NCBI GenBank assembly: GCA_040388745.1
Contig: JAZKBF010000028.1
Location: forward strand, 55,418-119,417
DNA from: Bacteroidota bacterium
GTDB taxonomy: Bacteria; Bacteroidota; Bacteroidia; 2-12-FULL-35-15
Length of the DNA: 64,000 bases
Reading direction: 5' to 3'
In this document: positions 1 through 8,888 of the stretch, in pieces
Numbering within the stretch: position 1 is the first letter of the stretch
Layout of the letters: each line of letters starts with the position of its first letter
The notes under the pieces: model-generated
Databases searched by the model: none
What the model saw: only the letters and a program-made list of their open reading frames with translations
What the model was told of the DNA's origin: nothing
Program-made: the position numbers and the translations under genes

Positions 1-285
1 TCTGAATAGTACTATTATAATAAACAAAACAAGGTAGATCCCAAAAATTATGAGAAAGCCCAAAGCATTATTATTTAAAAGGCCTCCAAAGTAAAACCCT
101 CCGCTGATACTTAAAAAAAACAGTAAAAAAAAGCCCAGTAATGCAATAATAATGGATGAAAATAACACGGCAGTTGTTTTCGCTATTTTTTCATAAGCGC
201 CAATTTTATAAAGTTGAATCTTGGCTTCAAAATAATCAACTAACATTTGCTTTATTTCTGAAAAAAAAGAGGGCTGGTCGTTCAT
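1..285 (-). CDS. partial (3' end beyond window) small membrane protein; start codon at 283-285 on the minus strand; two hydrophobic helices, resembles holin-X/DUF1469-like proteins that commonly pair with YtxH
   Basis: My own minus-strand translation from 285 begins MNDQPSFFSEIKQMLVDYFEAKIQLYKIGAYEKIAKTTAVLFSSIIIALLGFFF... and runs off the window. It is not in the ORF track because it has no stop within the window. Confidence 0.4.
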   Translation of the reverse strand, partial: MNDQPSFFSEIKQMLVDYFEAKIQLYKIGAYEKIAKTTAVLFSSIIIALLGFFLLFFLSISGGFYFGGLLNNNALGFLIIFGIYLVLFIIIVLFR

Positions 286-419
286 AGTTCAGGTAATGTA
301 ATATGTAATATTTAATACTTAATAGGCAATGTTAAGCTAAAATATAAGTCATCTGTTCATAATTATGAATTTCAATTATTACATATTAAATCTTAAATAT
401 TACTTACTTATGTTTCAGT

Positions 420-635
420 TTAATTTTTTAGATCTTCAAAAATGGTTTTTCCTTTTTCAAATTGTTCAGCCAGATCATCTTTAAATTTTGATGCTCCCTC
501 TTTCAGATCATTGATCAATTCATCTTTTTTGTCAGAGTTTAAAAAATACCCTATTGCAATACCCACAGCAGCGCCTGCTAAAAGCGCCAGTATTATTTTG
601 GAGTTGTTATTATCTTTCATCTTTTGTATGATCAA
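420..635 (-). CDS. YtxH-like (DUF948) small membrane-anchored protein
   Basis: 71 aa with an N-terminal TM segment (ILALLAGAAVGIAIGYFL) followed by a charged helical tail (KKDELINDLKEGASKFKDDLAEQFEKGK), which is typical YtxH architecture. Confidence 0.55.
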   Translation of the reverse strand: MIIQKMKDNNNSKIILALLAGAAVGIAIGYFLNSDKKDELINDLKEGASKFKDDLAEQFEKGKTIFEDLKN

Positions 636-686
636 TTATACTATAAAATTACTGTTTTTTATTTACCTTTAATTAAAATTTAGCAC

Positions 687-1772
687 ATGGCATATTTTGA
701 ATCAAATAAGTTAAAACAAATTGTTGCATTAGCGGTAATTATATTGCTTGGAAGCTTTTTATTTGTTACGGTATCGGGTTTTATACCTGCTTTTTTAGGA
801 GCTGTTATATTTTTTATTATTTGTTCTCCTCCCATGCTTTTTTTTATGAATAAATTAAAGCTGAAAAGAGGAATAGCAGTTGCACTTGTTCTTCTTTTGT
901 CATTTTTGGTAATTATAATTCCGGTATTTAGTGTTACCTATTTATTGATATCTAAAGTGTCTGCTATGTTCTCCGAATCTCATAATTTTTATGTGGAAAT
1001 TCAAAATCTTAATTCATTTATTAATACAAAATATGGTGTAAATATTTTAGCTCCGGAAAATTTAATGAAGCTGCAAACGGAGATCACCAATTTTATACCT
1101 AATTTATTGGGACAAACAATGAGTATCCTTGCTGACATTGCCATAATGTATTTTATTTTATTCTATTTGCTCTATACCGAAACATCAATGGAAAAAAGCA
1201 TTGTACGTTTTTTGCCATATACAACAGAAAATGCTCATTTATTTGCCAAAGAACTGGTATCTCAAACATATTCAAATGTAATAGGCGCCCCACTATTGGC
1301 GATAATTCAAGCAGGTTTTGCGATTTTAGGGTTTTGGATCTTTGGTTTAAATGAACCCGTGTTTTGGGGATTAATGTGTGGATTTTTATCTTTCATTCCA
1401 TTTGTGGGGTCGGCATTAGTATGGTTTCCTGCAGGTGTAATACTTGCATCCAGTGGTGCTTATTGGCAAGGGATCGCAATTTTAATTTACGGATTAGTCG
1501 TGATCATTAATGTTGATAATGTGTTTCGTTTTATTCTTCAAAAAAAAATTGCTGATATCCATCCTTTAGTAACTGTTTTTGGAGTGATCATTGGTTTGAA
1601 ATGGTTTGGCATACCCGGTATAATTTTTGGTCCATTATTAATTTCCTATTTTCTTATTATGATAAAAATATATCGAGCAGAGTATGGGAATAAAAATTAT
1701 ATGTCCTCTGAAACGGCCTTTAATAATGATAATTCCTCAATTGACAACTCTTCTGGAAATTTAAAATCCTGA
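687..1772 (+). CDS. AI-2E family transporter (PerM/UPF0118)
   Basis: 361 aa with about 8 predicted TM helices and the characteristic layout of AI-2E permeases (N-terminal TM pair, central loop, C-terminal TM bundle ending GPLLISYFLIMIK). Confidence 0.75.
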   Translation: MAYFESNKLKQIVALAVIILLGSFLFVTVSGFIPAFLGAVIFFIICSPPMLFFMNKLKLKRGIAVALVLLLSFLVIIIPVFSVTYLLISKVSAMFSESHNFYVEIQNLNSFINTKYGVNILAPENLMKLQTEITNFIPNLLGQTMSILADIAIMYFILFYLLYTETSMEKSIVRFLPYTTENAHLFAKELVSQTYSNVIGAPLLAIIQAGFAILGFWIFGLNEPVFWGLMCGFLSFIPFVGSALVWFPAGVILASSGAYWQGIAILIYGLVVIINVDNVFRFILQKKIADIHPLVTVFGVIIGLKWFGIPGIIFGPLLISYFLIMIKIYRAEYGNKNYMSSETAFNNDNSSIDNSSGNLKS

Positions 1773-1886
1773 GTAATTTAATTAGATAATTCGTCATTAC
1801 CGGTATTGTGTTATAATGCGAAGGTTTGATTTTTTGAAAGAACATTTTAAGTCTGAAAATTTATTTCTTCGAGGACGATTCTGTTT

Positions 1887-1996
1887 GCGTTAGGGATTGC
1901 AACGTAAATCCTTCCCTTCCGCTATTTGGCGGAAGGGAAGATTGAAGTGTAAAGCCCGCCCTTTTCCATTTGAGGAAAAGGAACGCCCAAATGAAT
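1887..1996 (+). repeat. copy 1 of a conserved two-hairpin element (candidate structured RNA / 3'UTR element)
   Basis: The blocks GCGTTAGGGATTGYAACGTAAATCC - hairpin - GATTGAAGTGTAAAGCCCGCC - hairpin - AACGCCCAAATGAAT are shared with 36418-36516. The hairpin stems differ in sequence but stay fully complementary (ttcccttccgc/gcggaagggaa and ccttttcc/ggaaaagg here). Confidence 0.5.
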
Positions 1997-2090
1997 AAAA
2001 TCCTCAATAGGAAATATTTCAGAAAACTTTAGCAACACACCCAGTTTCTAATGGATTGCTTATCTTTGTGAGGAATTAATACAAATAAAG

Positions 2091-3404
2091 TTGAAAACAA
2101 AAACGCTAAAAAAAAATAAAGTTAACGTAGTAACTCTTGGATGCTCTAAAAACATTGTGGATAGTGAAGTATTGATGGGGCAACTAAAAGCAAATAACTT
2201 TGATGTAACACACGAAAGCACACAGGACGATTCCAGTATTGTAATTATAAACACCTGCGGATTCATTGATAATGCAAAGCAGGAAAGTATTGACACTATC
2301 ATTCGTTATGCTAATGCAAAGGAAGCTGGTTTGGTTGATAAAGTATATGTTACAGGCTGTCTGAGTGAGCGTTACAGACCTGAATTGGAAAGAGAAATAC
2401 CCAATGTGGATGGTTACTTTGGGACACGTGAATTACCCCGTTTATTAAAAACATTAAAAGCAGATTATAAACACGAATTAGTAGGAGAACGATTATTAAC
2501 TACCCCGCATCATTATTCTTATTTTAAAATTTCGGAGGGATGTGACAGGCCTTGTTCGTTCTGTGCCATACCGTTAATGCGTGGTGCCCACGTTTCAAGA
2601 CCCATTGAGGAATTGGTAAAAGAAGCAAAACACCTTGCAAAGAACGGCACTAAAGAGTTAATGCTTATTGCCCAGGATCTGACGTATTATGGTTTGGATA
2701 TCTACAAAAAACGTAATTTATCTGAACTGCTTAAAAATCTTTCCGATGTAGAAGGCATAGAATGGATTCGTTTGCATTATGCCTTTCCAAGCGGGTTTCC
2801 TATGGATGCGCTGGATGTTATGAATGAGCGGTCAAATATATGTAAGTACCTGGATATGCCTCTTCAACACATTACTGATGACATGCTTAAGAGTATGCGC
2901 AGGGGGACTACCAAGCAAAAAACAATTGATCTGGTAAACAAAATTCGTGATAAAGTTCCCGGTATTGCCATCAGAACCACATTAATTGCAGGTTATCCGG
3001 GCGAAACAGCGAAGGATCATAAGGAGATGCTGGAGTGGATAGAACAAAGCCGTTTTGAGCGTTTAGGGATCTTTGCTTATTCCCATGAAGAAAATACTCA
3101 TGCATATTTATTGAAAGATAATGTTCCTGCAAAAACAAAACAACTTCGAACAGAAGCTGTAATGGCTTTACAACAAGGTATTTCATTGGACCTGAACCAA
3201 CAAAAAATTGGAAAAACGTTTAAGGTCCTTTTTGATAAGAAAGAAGGTGATTATTTTATCGGTCGTACCGAATTTGATTCACCTGAAGTGGATAATGAAG
3301 TGCTTGTAAGAGCAGATGAGGATTTTGTGCGTGTTGGTGATTTTGCAAATGTGGAAATTACTTCTGCAGAGGATTATGATCTGTATGGAAAAGTGGTAAA
3401 TTAG
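2091..3404 (+). CDS. rimO: ribosomal protein S12 methylthiotransferase RimO (radical SAM MTTase with TRAM domain); TTG start
   Basis: The N-terminal MTTase domain (VVTLGCSKNIVDSE, INTCGFID, VTGCL), the radical SAM CSFCAIP motif and a C-terminal TRAM domain align closely with E. coli RimO. Confidence 0.85.
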   Translation: MKTKTLKKNKVNVVTLGCSKNIVDSEVLMGQLKANNFDVTHESTQDDSSIVIINTCGFIDNAKQESIDTIIRYANAKEAGLVDKVYVTGCLSERYRPELEREIPNVDGYFGTRELPRLLKTLKADYKHELVGERLLTTPHHYSYFKISEGCDRPCSFCAIPLMRGAHVSRPIEELVKEAKHLAKNGTKELMLIAQDLTYYGLDIYKKRNLSELLKNLSDVEGIEWIRLHYAFPSGFPMDALDVMNERSNICKYLDMPLQHITDDMLKSMRRGTTKQKTIDLVNKIRDKVPGIAIRTTLIAGYPGETAKDHKEMLEWIEQSRFERLGIFAYSHEENTHAYLLKDNVPAKTKQLRTEAVMALQQGISLDLNQQKIGKTFKVLFDKKEGDYFIGRTEFDSPEVDNEVLVRADEDFVRVGDFANVEITSAEDYDLYGKVVN

Positions 3405-3444
3405 ATTTAATTGGCCGATCATTAAATTGAAAGGCCAATTTGAT

Positions 3445-4029
3445 TTAAATTTTACCTTCAAGCATTAATAATTTTGCTTTCAAAACCGTTATAACTGTTA
3501 AGCTGTCTGTTATCTCACCTGATTCTACCATTTTGTATAATTCGTTAAAATGAATTTTTCGAACTACCAATTGCTCATCATCTTCGGGCTCCGATTCTCC
3601 AAAGCTTAAGTCCTGAGCGATGTATAAGATACCAAATTCATCACTTGCTGAATTGCTCATGTGAACTTCTTGAATTTTGGTCCACTTATTGGCTGTTATA
3701 CCAGTTTCTTCAAGTAATTCGCGTTTAGCAGAATCCAATGCAGGCACATTGTGATCCCCTCCGCCTTCAGGGATTTCCCAAGAATATTGGTTTATCGGGT
3801 AACGATATTGACCAACGATCCATGTATTATAATCATTATCTAACGGTAAAATACCAATGGCTAAATTTTTAAAATGAACCACTGAATAAGTTCCCGGATT
3901 ACCATTTGGATTCAATACATCATGCTTTGTGAGGCCTATCCATGGCGAGTCATATATTTTTTCGGATGTTAATGTTGTCCAGGGATTCTCATGGTTCTGA
4001 ACGTGTTCTTCTTTCGTAGATTTAGCCAT
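3445..4029 (-). CDS. NUDIX hydrolase
   Basis: Nudix box GGDHNVPALDSAKRELLEETGI (G-x5-E-x7-REuxEExGu). Confidence 0.75.
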   Translation of the reverse strand: MAKSTKEEHVQNHENPWTTLTSEKIYDSPWIGLTKHDVLNPNGNPGTYSVVHFKNLAIGILPLDNDYNTWIVGQYRYPINQYSWEIPEGGGDHNVPALDSAKRELLEETGITANKWTKIQEVHMSNSASDEFGILYIAQDLSFGESEPEDDEQLVVRKIHFNELYKMVESGEITDSLTVITVLKAKLLMLEGKI

Positions 4030-4230
4030 ATTTTTTATTTTACCGGTACAAAATTACACTCTTTTTTGTTGTTAAATCGAAAAATTAACCACGGATTCAG
4101 TGATTTTAATCTCTTTTTTTTTGAGCAATTGTATATAAAAAGTTGTTTTAACAACTAATCTGTGGTAAATCGGATACTTAAACAAACACTAGTTGGTGCC
4201 TGTCCATAGAGTCGGTATTAAACTTAGTAG

Positions 4231-4331
4231 GTCATTGCGAAGGAGGTACGACTGAAGCAATCTCAAACAAGTATATGAGATTGTGGAGTTTATCCTGAGC
4301 CTGAGAAGGGGGCAAAAGCCCTCGCAATGAC
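4231..4331. repeat. nested palindromic REP/MITE-like element (GTCATTGCGA family)
   Basis: The outer arms gtcattgcgaagg / ccctcgcaatgac enclose an inner hairpin gcaatctca..tgagattg. A half-copy occurs at 29573-29612. Confidence 0.5.
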
Positions 4332-4435
4332 ATTCCATATTAAACAAACGATGATGAATCATGATTTTAAAACCCTTGAATCTGTGGCATATTTCGATTA
4401 AAGACAAACACTAATTATACTACCTTTGTATTCCA

Positions 4436-6061
4436 ATGATCACCATAAAAAAATCGAAAATACCATTAATTGAAACCGGACAATTTTCAAAATTGTTTCT
4501 TGATTATATCAATGGGGAACCTGTTTTGCGTAAGCTTTATGCGTATGAGCCTAAAATAGAGGGTTTTCATCAAGTCATAGATGATAAAGCAAAAGAAAAT
4601 ACAAACAGACCATTGCTTGTAACGGTATTAAAGGAGCAATATTCAACTATTGAGGCTTGCGAATTACAAAAAAGCAATATTGATCTTCTTCTTAATAAAA
4701 ACACATTCACTGTTTGTACTGGTCACCAACTATGCCTTTTTACAGGGCCTTTGTATTTTATTTATAAAATAATCTCCACTATTAATCTTGCCGAAACATT
4801 AAAAAAGAACTATCCTGACTATAATTTTGTTCCTGTTTATTGGATGGCAAGTGAAGATCATGATTTTGCAGAGGTTCAAAGCATTAATTTATTTGGAAAA
4901 AAAATATCCTGGAATGCAGATGCAAAAGGTGCTGTTGGTAATTTAAAAACGGATTCTTTGAATTTGGTGATTGATGAGTTAAAACAAATTTTAGGTGAAT
5001 CGGAAAATTCAAAGGAATTAATTCAACTTTTTACCGAGGCCTATTTAAAAAACTCAAACCTGTCGGATGCCACACGATATATGGTTCATCAACTGTTTGC
5101 TGATCATGGTTTAGTGATATTGGATGGGAATGATTCACGTTTGAAAAATGAATTTTCTGAGATCATTAAAGACGATATTATTAATAATACCAATTACAAA
5201 TTAGTTAACGAAACAATTTCAGAACTTGAAAAAGCTGGGCTTAAAGCACAGGTAAACCCGCGCGAGATCAATTGTTTTTATATGGTTGACAATATACGTG
5301 AGCGGATCGAACATATTCATAATGCCGCTTTAGAAGAGGGCAGGAGGGATGTATTCAATGTTGTAAACACTTCAATCACTTTTACAAAGGAGGAATTGCT
5401 TAAGGAGCTTACCGATCACCCGGAACGGTTTAGCCCCAATGTGGTATTGCGCCCGGTTTATCAACAAAAAATATTGCCCAATTTAGCATATATAGGCGGA
5501 CCCGGTGAATTAGCATATTGGTTGGAATACAAGAGGATGTTTGATCATCATAGCATCAATTTCCCGGTATTGATACCACGTAATTTTGCATTGCTGACCG
5601 ATGAAAAAACGAATCAACAAATTCAAAAATTAGGATTTACAATCAATGATCTTTTTAAAGATGTGGATGTATTGATCAAAGAATTTGTAAATAAAAATGC
5701 AAATTCCGAACTTTCATTAAAGGGAGAGGAAGAAAAAATTTCCAATGTTTTTGCTGAGGTTTCTCAAAAAGCAATGGCTGTAGATATAACATTAAAGGGA
5801 AGTGTAGAAGCTGAGCTACAAAAAGCTTTGAATGCTTTAAAAAATATAGAAAGCAAATTGATGCGTTCTGAAAAACAAAAACAAGAAACAAGCATCAACC
5901 AGATCAAAAAAGTAAAAGAAAAGTTTTTTCCTGAAGGCGCTTTACAGGAACGGTATGAAAATATGGCACCTTATTATTTAAGATCAGGTAAAAAGTTGAT
6001 TGCCGATTTAAAGGAGCAATTTGATCCGTTTGAGTTTGAAATGTTGATCTTGAAATATTAA
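4436..6061 (+). CDS. bshC: bacillithiol biosynthesis cysteine-adding enzyme BshC
   Basis: 541 aa. The core CTGHQLCLFTGPLYFIYKIISTINLAE..YPDYNFVPVYWMASEDHDFAEV matches the conserved BshC (YllA) block. The length is typical for BshC. Confidence 0.65.
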   Translation: MITIKKSKIPLIETGQFSKLFLDYINGEPVLRKLYAYEPKIEGFHQVIDDKAKENTNRPLLVTVLKEQYSTIEACELQKSNIDLLLNKNTFTVCTGHQLCLFTGPLYFIYKIISTINLAETLKKNYPDYNFVPVYWMASEDHDFAEVQSINLFGKKISWNADAKGAVGNLKTDSLNLVIDELKQILGESENSKELIQLFTEAYLKNSNLSDATRYMVHQLFADHGLVILDGNDSRLKNEFSEIIKDDIINNTNYKLVNETISELEKAGLKAQVNPREINCFYMVDNIRERIEHIHNAALEEGRRDVFNVVNTSITFTKEELLKELTDHPERFSPNVVLRPVYQQKILPNLAYIGGPGELAYWLEYKRMFDHHSINFPVLIPRNFALLTDEKTNQQIQKLGFTINDLFKDVDVLIKEFVNKNANSELSLKGEEEKISNVFAEVSQKAMAVDITLKGSVEAELQKALNALKNIESKLMRSEKQKQETSINQIKKVKEKFFPEGALQERYENMAPYYLRSGKKLIADLKEQFDPFEFEMLILKY

Positions 6062-6071
6062 AAAATCTATT

Positions 6072-6200
6072 CCCCTGACAGGGTTTCAAACCCTGTTAGG
6101 GGTAAATACACAATTTGAGTTTTTTGTAATAAAGGAATATTAAATCGATAGTTTTAGCAATTTTAAATAACCCTAACAGGGTTTGAAACCCTGTCAGGGG
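6072..6200. repeat. pair of inverted 30/31-nt palindromes (cccctgacagggtttcaaaccctgttagggg and its reverse complement) separated by ~68 bp
   Basis: 6072-6102 and 6171-6200 are exact reverse complements (the second is one base shorter). Each is itself a near-perfect hairpin. They lie in the bshC-queE intergenic region. Confidence 0.55.
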
Positions 6201-6211
6201 CTACAGCATAT

Positions 6212-6850
6212 ATGGAAACAAAACAAAAAGATAAAACATTATTGGAGCAAGGACTTGAATTACCATTGATGGAAGAATTTTATACCATTCAGGGGGAAGG
6301 TTTTCATTCCGGTAAACCTGCCTATTTTATTCGGGTTGGAGGGTGTGATGTAGGTTGCCATTGGTGTGATGTTAAAGAAAGTTGGGATGCCTCATTACAC
6401 CCTCTTACTGCTGTTGATATTATTGTAGATAATGCAGATAAATATCCTGCAAAGGCTGTAGTTGTTACAGGTGGAGAGCCAAGTATGTATAATTTAGAGT
6501 ACATTACCGGGCAATTTAAAAGCAAAGGCATACAAACATTTATTGAAACATCAGGTGCATATTTACTTACCGGAACATGGGATTGGGTTTGTCTTTCACC
6601 AAAAAAAACAAGTCTGCCATTAGCTGTGAATTTTAAAAAAGCAAATGAGTTAAAGATAATTGTTCACAATAAGAATGATTTTGAATGGGCAGAAAAGAAT
6701 GCCGTACAGGTCAATGGCGATTGTAAACTATTCCTTCAGCCTGAATGGAGCAAAGCAAAAGAAATGATGCCGCTTATTGTGGATTATGTGATGGCAAACC
6801 CGAAATGGAATGTATCCTTGCAAACGCATAAGTACATGAATATCCCATAA
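6212..6850 (+). CDS. queE: 7-carboxy-7-deazaguanine synthase QueE (radical SAM, short form)
   Basis: Contains QGEG, GGCDVGCHWCD (radical SAM cluster) and TGGEP, all conserved in B. subtilis-type QueE. Confidence 0.8.
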   Translation: METKQKDKTLLEQGLELPLMEEFYTIQGEGFHSGKPAYFIRVGGCDVGCHWCDVKESWDASLHPLTAVDIIVDNADKYPAKAVVVTGGEPSMYNLEYITGQFKSKGIQTFIETSGAYLLTGTWDWVCLSPKKTSLPLAVNFKKANELKIIVHNKNDFEWAEKNAVQVNGDCKLFLQPEWSKAKEMMPLIVDYVMANPKWNVSLQTHKYMNIP

Positions 6851-6888
6851 TTTAATTGTGGCTCAATAGTTGAATTAAAAATAACATT

Positions 6889-8838
6889 ATGAAAAAGTTT
6901 ATTGTCATAGCCCTTGTACTTTTTACAATACTTTCATGCAAGGCTCAAATGCCTCCGGGCGAATACACTTCAAAAAACAAAAAAGCGATCGCTTTATTTG
7001 AAAGTGCATTGGAATATTATAATGCCCGCAATGATGCAAAGGCGATGGAAGAATTAAAAAAAGCCATAGAGAAAGATCCTGCTTTTATTGAACCTCATTA
7101 TTTATTGGCTCAAATTTATACCGAAGCTAATAAGTTGCAGGATGCTATTGGTGAATATACAAAGGCGCTTCAGATCAATCCAACTTTCGATAAAAAAGCA
7201 TATTTTCTTCTTGCAAATATTGAAGTTTCAATAGGAAAATATGCGGATGCAAAATTGGATTATGAAACATTTTTGAAAAATAAAAACCTTAATCCGGATT
7301 CAAGAGATTTAGCTGAACACCAATTAAACAATTGTCTTTTTGCTATCGAAGCGTTGAAAAATCCTGTACCCTTCGCCCCTAAAAATATGGGTGAGGCTCT
7401 GAACTCTAACTTAGATGAGTATTTCCCTGCCATTACTGCCGATGATCTGACTTTTTTATATACCAGGAATAATCGTACCACTACCAGTCCTATGCAAGAA
7501 GATTTTTTAGTGAGTGAAAAAATAAATGGAGTTTGGACACCTGCAACATTTTTGGGTAGCGGAATTAATACCCCTGGTAATGAAGGAGCACCAAGCATTT
7601 CGGCCGATGGACAGATCTTGTTTTTTATTGCCTGTGCCGAAATGGATAATTCTTATGGCCCGAACCGCAAAGGATATGGAAGCTGTGATATCTTTTATTC
7701 TCAGAAAGTGGGTAGAAATTGGGCACGACCATATAATTTAGGCCCTGTTGTTAATACTAAATATTGGGAAACACAACCCTCATTTTCAGCGGATGGAAAA
7801 ACATTATATTTTGTAAGTAGTCGCCCGGGCGGTTTTGGTGGATCTGATATTTGGTTCTCCACTTTAAAAGAAGACGGTAGCTGGGGAGCTCCCACTAATA
7901 TTGGAAAAAAAATAAATACTGCCGGTAAAGAAGAATCTGTTTTTATTCACCCCGATGGCAATACGCTGTACTTCAGCTCAAACGGACATATTGGGATGGG
8001 TAAACTGGATATTTATGTGGTAAGAAAAAGTGTAAGCGGAGAATGGGGAACGCCTGTAAATTTGGGCTATCCAATAAATACATACAATGATGAAAATAGC
8101 TTATTGGTAAATGGAGCTGGCAATCTCGCTTATTTTGCTTCAAGCCGTGAGGGAGGTTTTGGTGGATTGGATCTGTACCAATTTGAATTATATGATGCCA
8201 TTCGTCCTGAAAAGATCACCTATGTGAAAGGTAAAGTATATGATGCAAAAACAAAACAACCTCTTGGTGCTCATTTTGAATTGATCGATCTGGAAACAGC
8301 AAAGCAGGTTATTATATCTGATGCAAACTCTGGTAATGGTGAGTTTTTGGTAACACTTCCCATCAATAAAAATTACGCTTTAAATGTTTCTCAAAGTGGT
8401 TATTTATTTTATTCGGCAAATTTTTCTTTGAAAGAATCAGTTGATAAAACAAAACCTTTTACAATGGATGTGCCTTTAGAACCAATAGATACGGGCAATG
8501 TAGTGGAGTTGAAAAATGTGTTTTTTGAAACTGCTAAATTTGATCTGAAACCCGAATCAAAAGTGGAGCTGAATAAATTAGTTGCTTTTTTAACTGTAAA
8601 CAAAACCTTACGTATCCAATTAAGCGGACATACGGATAATGTTGGTGATAAAAAGATGAATCAGCTATTGTCACAAAATCGGGCTAAATCGGTGTATGAA
8701 TATTTGATTGCCAATGGTATAGATTTGAAACGCCTTACTTACGTAGGTTATGGTGATACGAAACCAAAAGTTAAAAATGATACCGATGAAAACCGTGCTA
8801 TTAACAGACGTACGGAGTTTAAGGTGATTGGGAAATAA
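6889..8838 (+). CDS. OmpA-family protein with N-terminal TPR repeats and TolB/PD40-like beta-propeller repeats
   Basis: It has a signal peptide, TPR-like helices (aa 30-170), repeated PD40-like motifs (SxSADGxxLYFxSxR, seen three times), and a C-terminal OmpA domain (LSGHTDNVGD...NRRTEFKVI). Confidence 0.75.
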   Translation: MKKFIVIALVLFTILSCKAQMPPGEYTSKNKKAIALFESALEYYNARNDAKAMEELKKAIEKDPAFIEPHYLLAQIYTEANKLQDAIGEYTKALQINPTFDKKAYFLLANIEVSIGKYADAKLDYETFLKNKNLNPDSRDLAEHQLNNCLFAIEALKNPVPFAPKNMGEALNSNLDEYFPAITADDLTFLYTRNNRTTTSPMQEDFLVSEKINGVWTPATFLGSGINTPGNEGAPSISADGQILFFIACAEMDNSYGPNRKGYGSCDIFYSQKVGRNWARPYNLGPVVNTKYWETQPSFSADGKTLYFVSSRPGGFGGSDIWFSTLKEDGSWGAPTNIGKKINTAGKEESVFIHPDGNTLYFSSNGHIGMGKLDIYVVRKSVSGEWGTPVNLGYPINTYNDENSLLVNGAGNLAYFASSREGGFGGLDLYQFELYDAIRPEKITYVKGKVYDAKTKQPLGAHFELIDLETAKQVIISDANSGNGEFLVTLPINKNYALNVSQSGYLFYSANFSLKESVDKTKPFTMDVPLEPIDTGNVVELKNVFFETAKFDLKPESKVELNKLVAFLTVNKTLRIQLSGHTDNVGDKKMNQLLSQNRAKSVYEYLIANGIDLKRLTYVGYGDTKPKVKNDTDENRAINRRTEFKVIGK

Positions 8839-8888
8839 AATTCAATGAAAATTTCGGAAGCGCGATTGTTCCAACACAGCGCTAATTT

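Noticed and set aside
2060-2302. 80-aa minus-strand ORF
   Set aside because: It overlaps the 5' end of rimO on the opposite strand and has no motifs.
6065-6211. Possible preQ1 riboswitch upstream of queE
   Set aside because: The region is occupied by two inverted copies of a 31-nt palindrome. No preQ1-I or preQ1-II aptamer consensus is visible.
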